DNA from: Octopus vulgaris
Lineage: Eukaryota
Reading direction: 5' to 3'
Assembly: GCA_951406725.2 (NCBI GenBank)
Contig: OX597823.1
Coordinates: 15,562,001-15,626,000 of the forward strand
DNA: 64,000 bases
Shown: piece by piece, positions 63,494 to 64,000 of the stretch
Layout of the letters: every line of letters starts with the position of its first letter
Numbering within the stretch: the first letter of the stretch is position 1
Made by a program: the position numbers and the translations under genes
The notes under the pieces: model-generated
The model's database searches: none
The model's input: only the letters and a program-made list of their open reading frames with translations
What the model was told of the DNA's origin: nothing

Positions 63494-64000
63494 TTAAATA
63501 ACTTTTGTTAGAAGTTTGTTTTCTTATCTTTTTTATTTATACCTCTTTTGTTTTTGTTTTCCCCCAAATGCTCCTCACATTAAATACTAACAATATAATA
63601 AGGATTAATTCAATCAGTTGCAACCTGAACTCTATTTTGACATACTCATCAAAAGAAGAAAATTAATGCCGATGACCTTTGCGGGATTTCTCTCCAACTG
63701 ATGATATTGATGAGACAGATCATGATCAACCTGAATACTTAAAGAACAATGCCTGTGTGAATAAAGATGGAACCAGAAATCTGGCCTGAATGCTTGCAAC
63801 TAAGTAAATTCCACGACAAGTACTTAAGGACTGTGTGCTGATATCAAATCAAGTAGACCTACTACCCAATATGAAAGGTGGCCTTGAACCCATTCAAAAG
63901 GAAATATCAATTATTCAGGAGAAAATCAAATCTGAATTATTCATTTCTAAAGCAATTCTGAAAATAACATGAACAAATATAAGAATGTAGATAATTTCAA

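Larger units (their letters stand above)
521..64000 (-). other. PIP4K2: Probable large intron of PIP4K2 upstream of the INELSH exon
   Basis: The preceding conserved segment (KVKLFRA..PLLSV.MWG.NH) was not found; no ccccacat (reverse complement of the M-W-G codons) seen on the + strand. No other host-gene exon recognised. Confidence 0.6.

Overview
AT-rich eukaryotic DNA, most likely octopus (inferred from the repeat families and microsatellite style). Only one host coding exon is recognisable: a 98-nt minus-strand exon (423-520) of the type II PI5P 4-kinase gene PIP4K2 ([21 protein letters not shown]...). I could not find the preceding exon, so the other ~63.5 kb appears to be one very large intron. 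It is densely filled with mobile elements: at least four tRNA-headed SINE families, many 5'-truncated (GAT)n-tailed retroposon ends, non-autonomous Helitrons, two TTAA-flanked MITE families, a hAT MITE, a full-length decayed DD37D (maT) Tc1/mariner, a decayed hAT transposase, and R4/Dong, CR1 and Penelope fragments. Nearly all supplied ORFs are repeat or microsatellite artefacts. I found no convincing new protein-coding system. The best leads are RNA-structural (closely spaced inverted repeats and fold-back insertions that would form dsRNA in the pre-mRNA), candidate alternative/poison PIP4K2 exons, and some unusual element architectures. Repeat boundaries were read by eye and may be off by a few bases.
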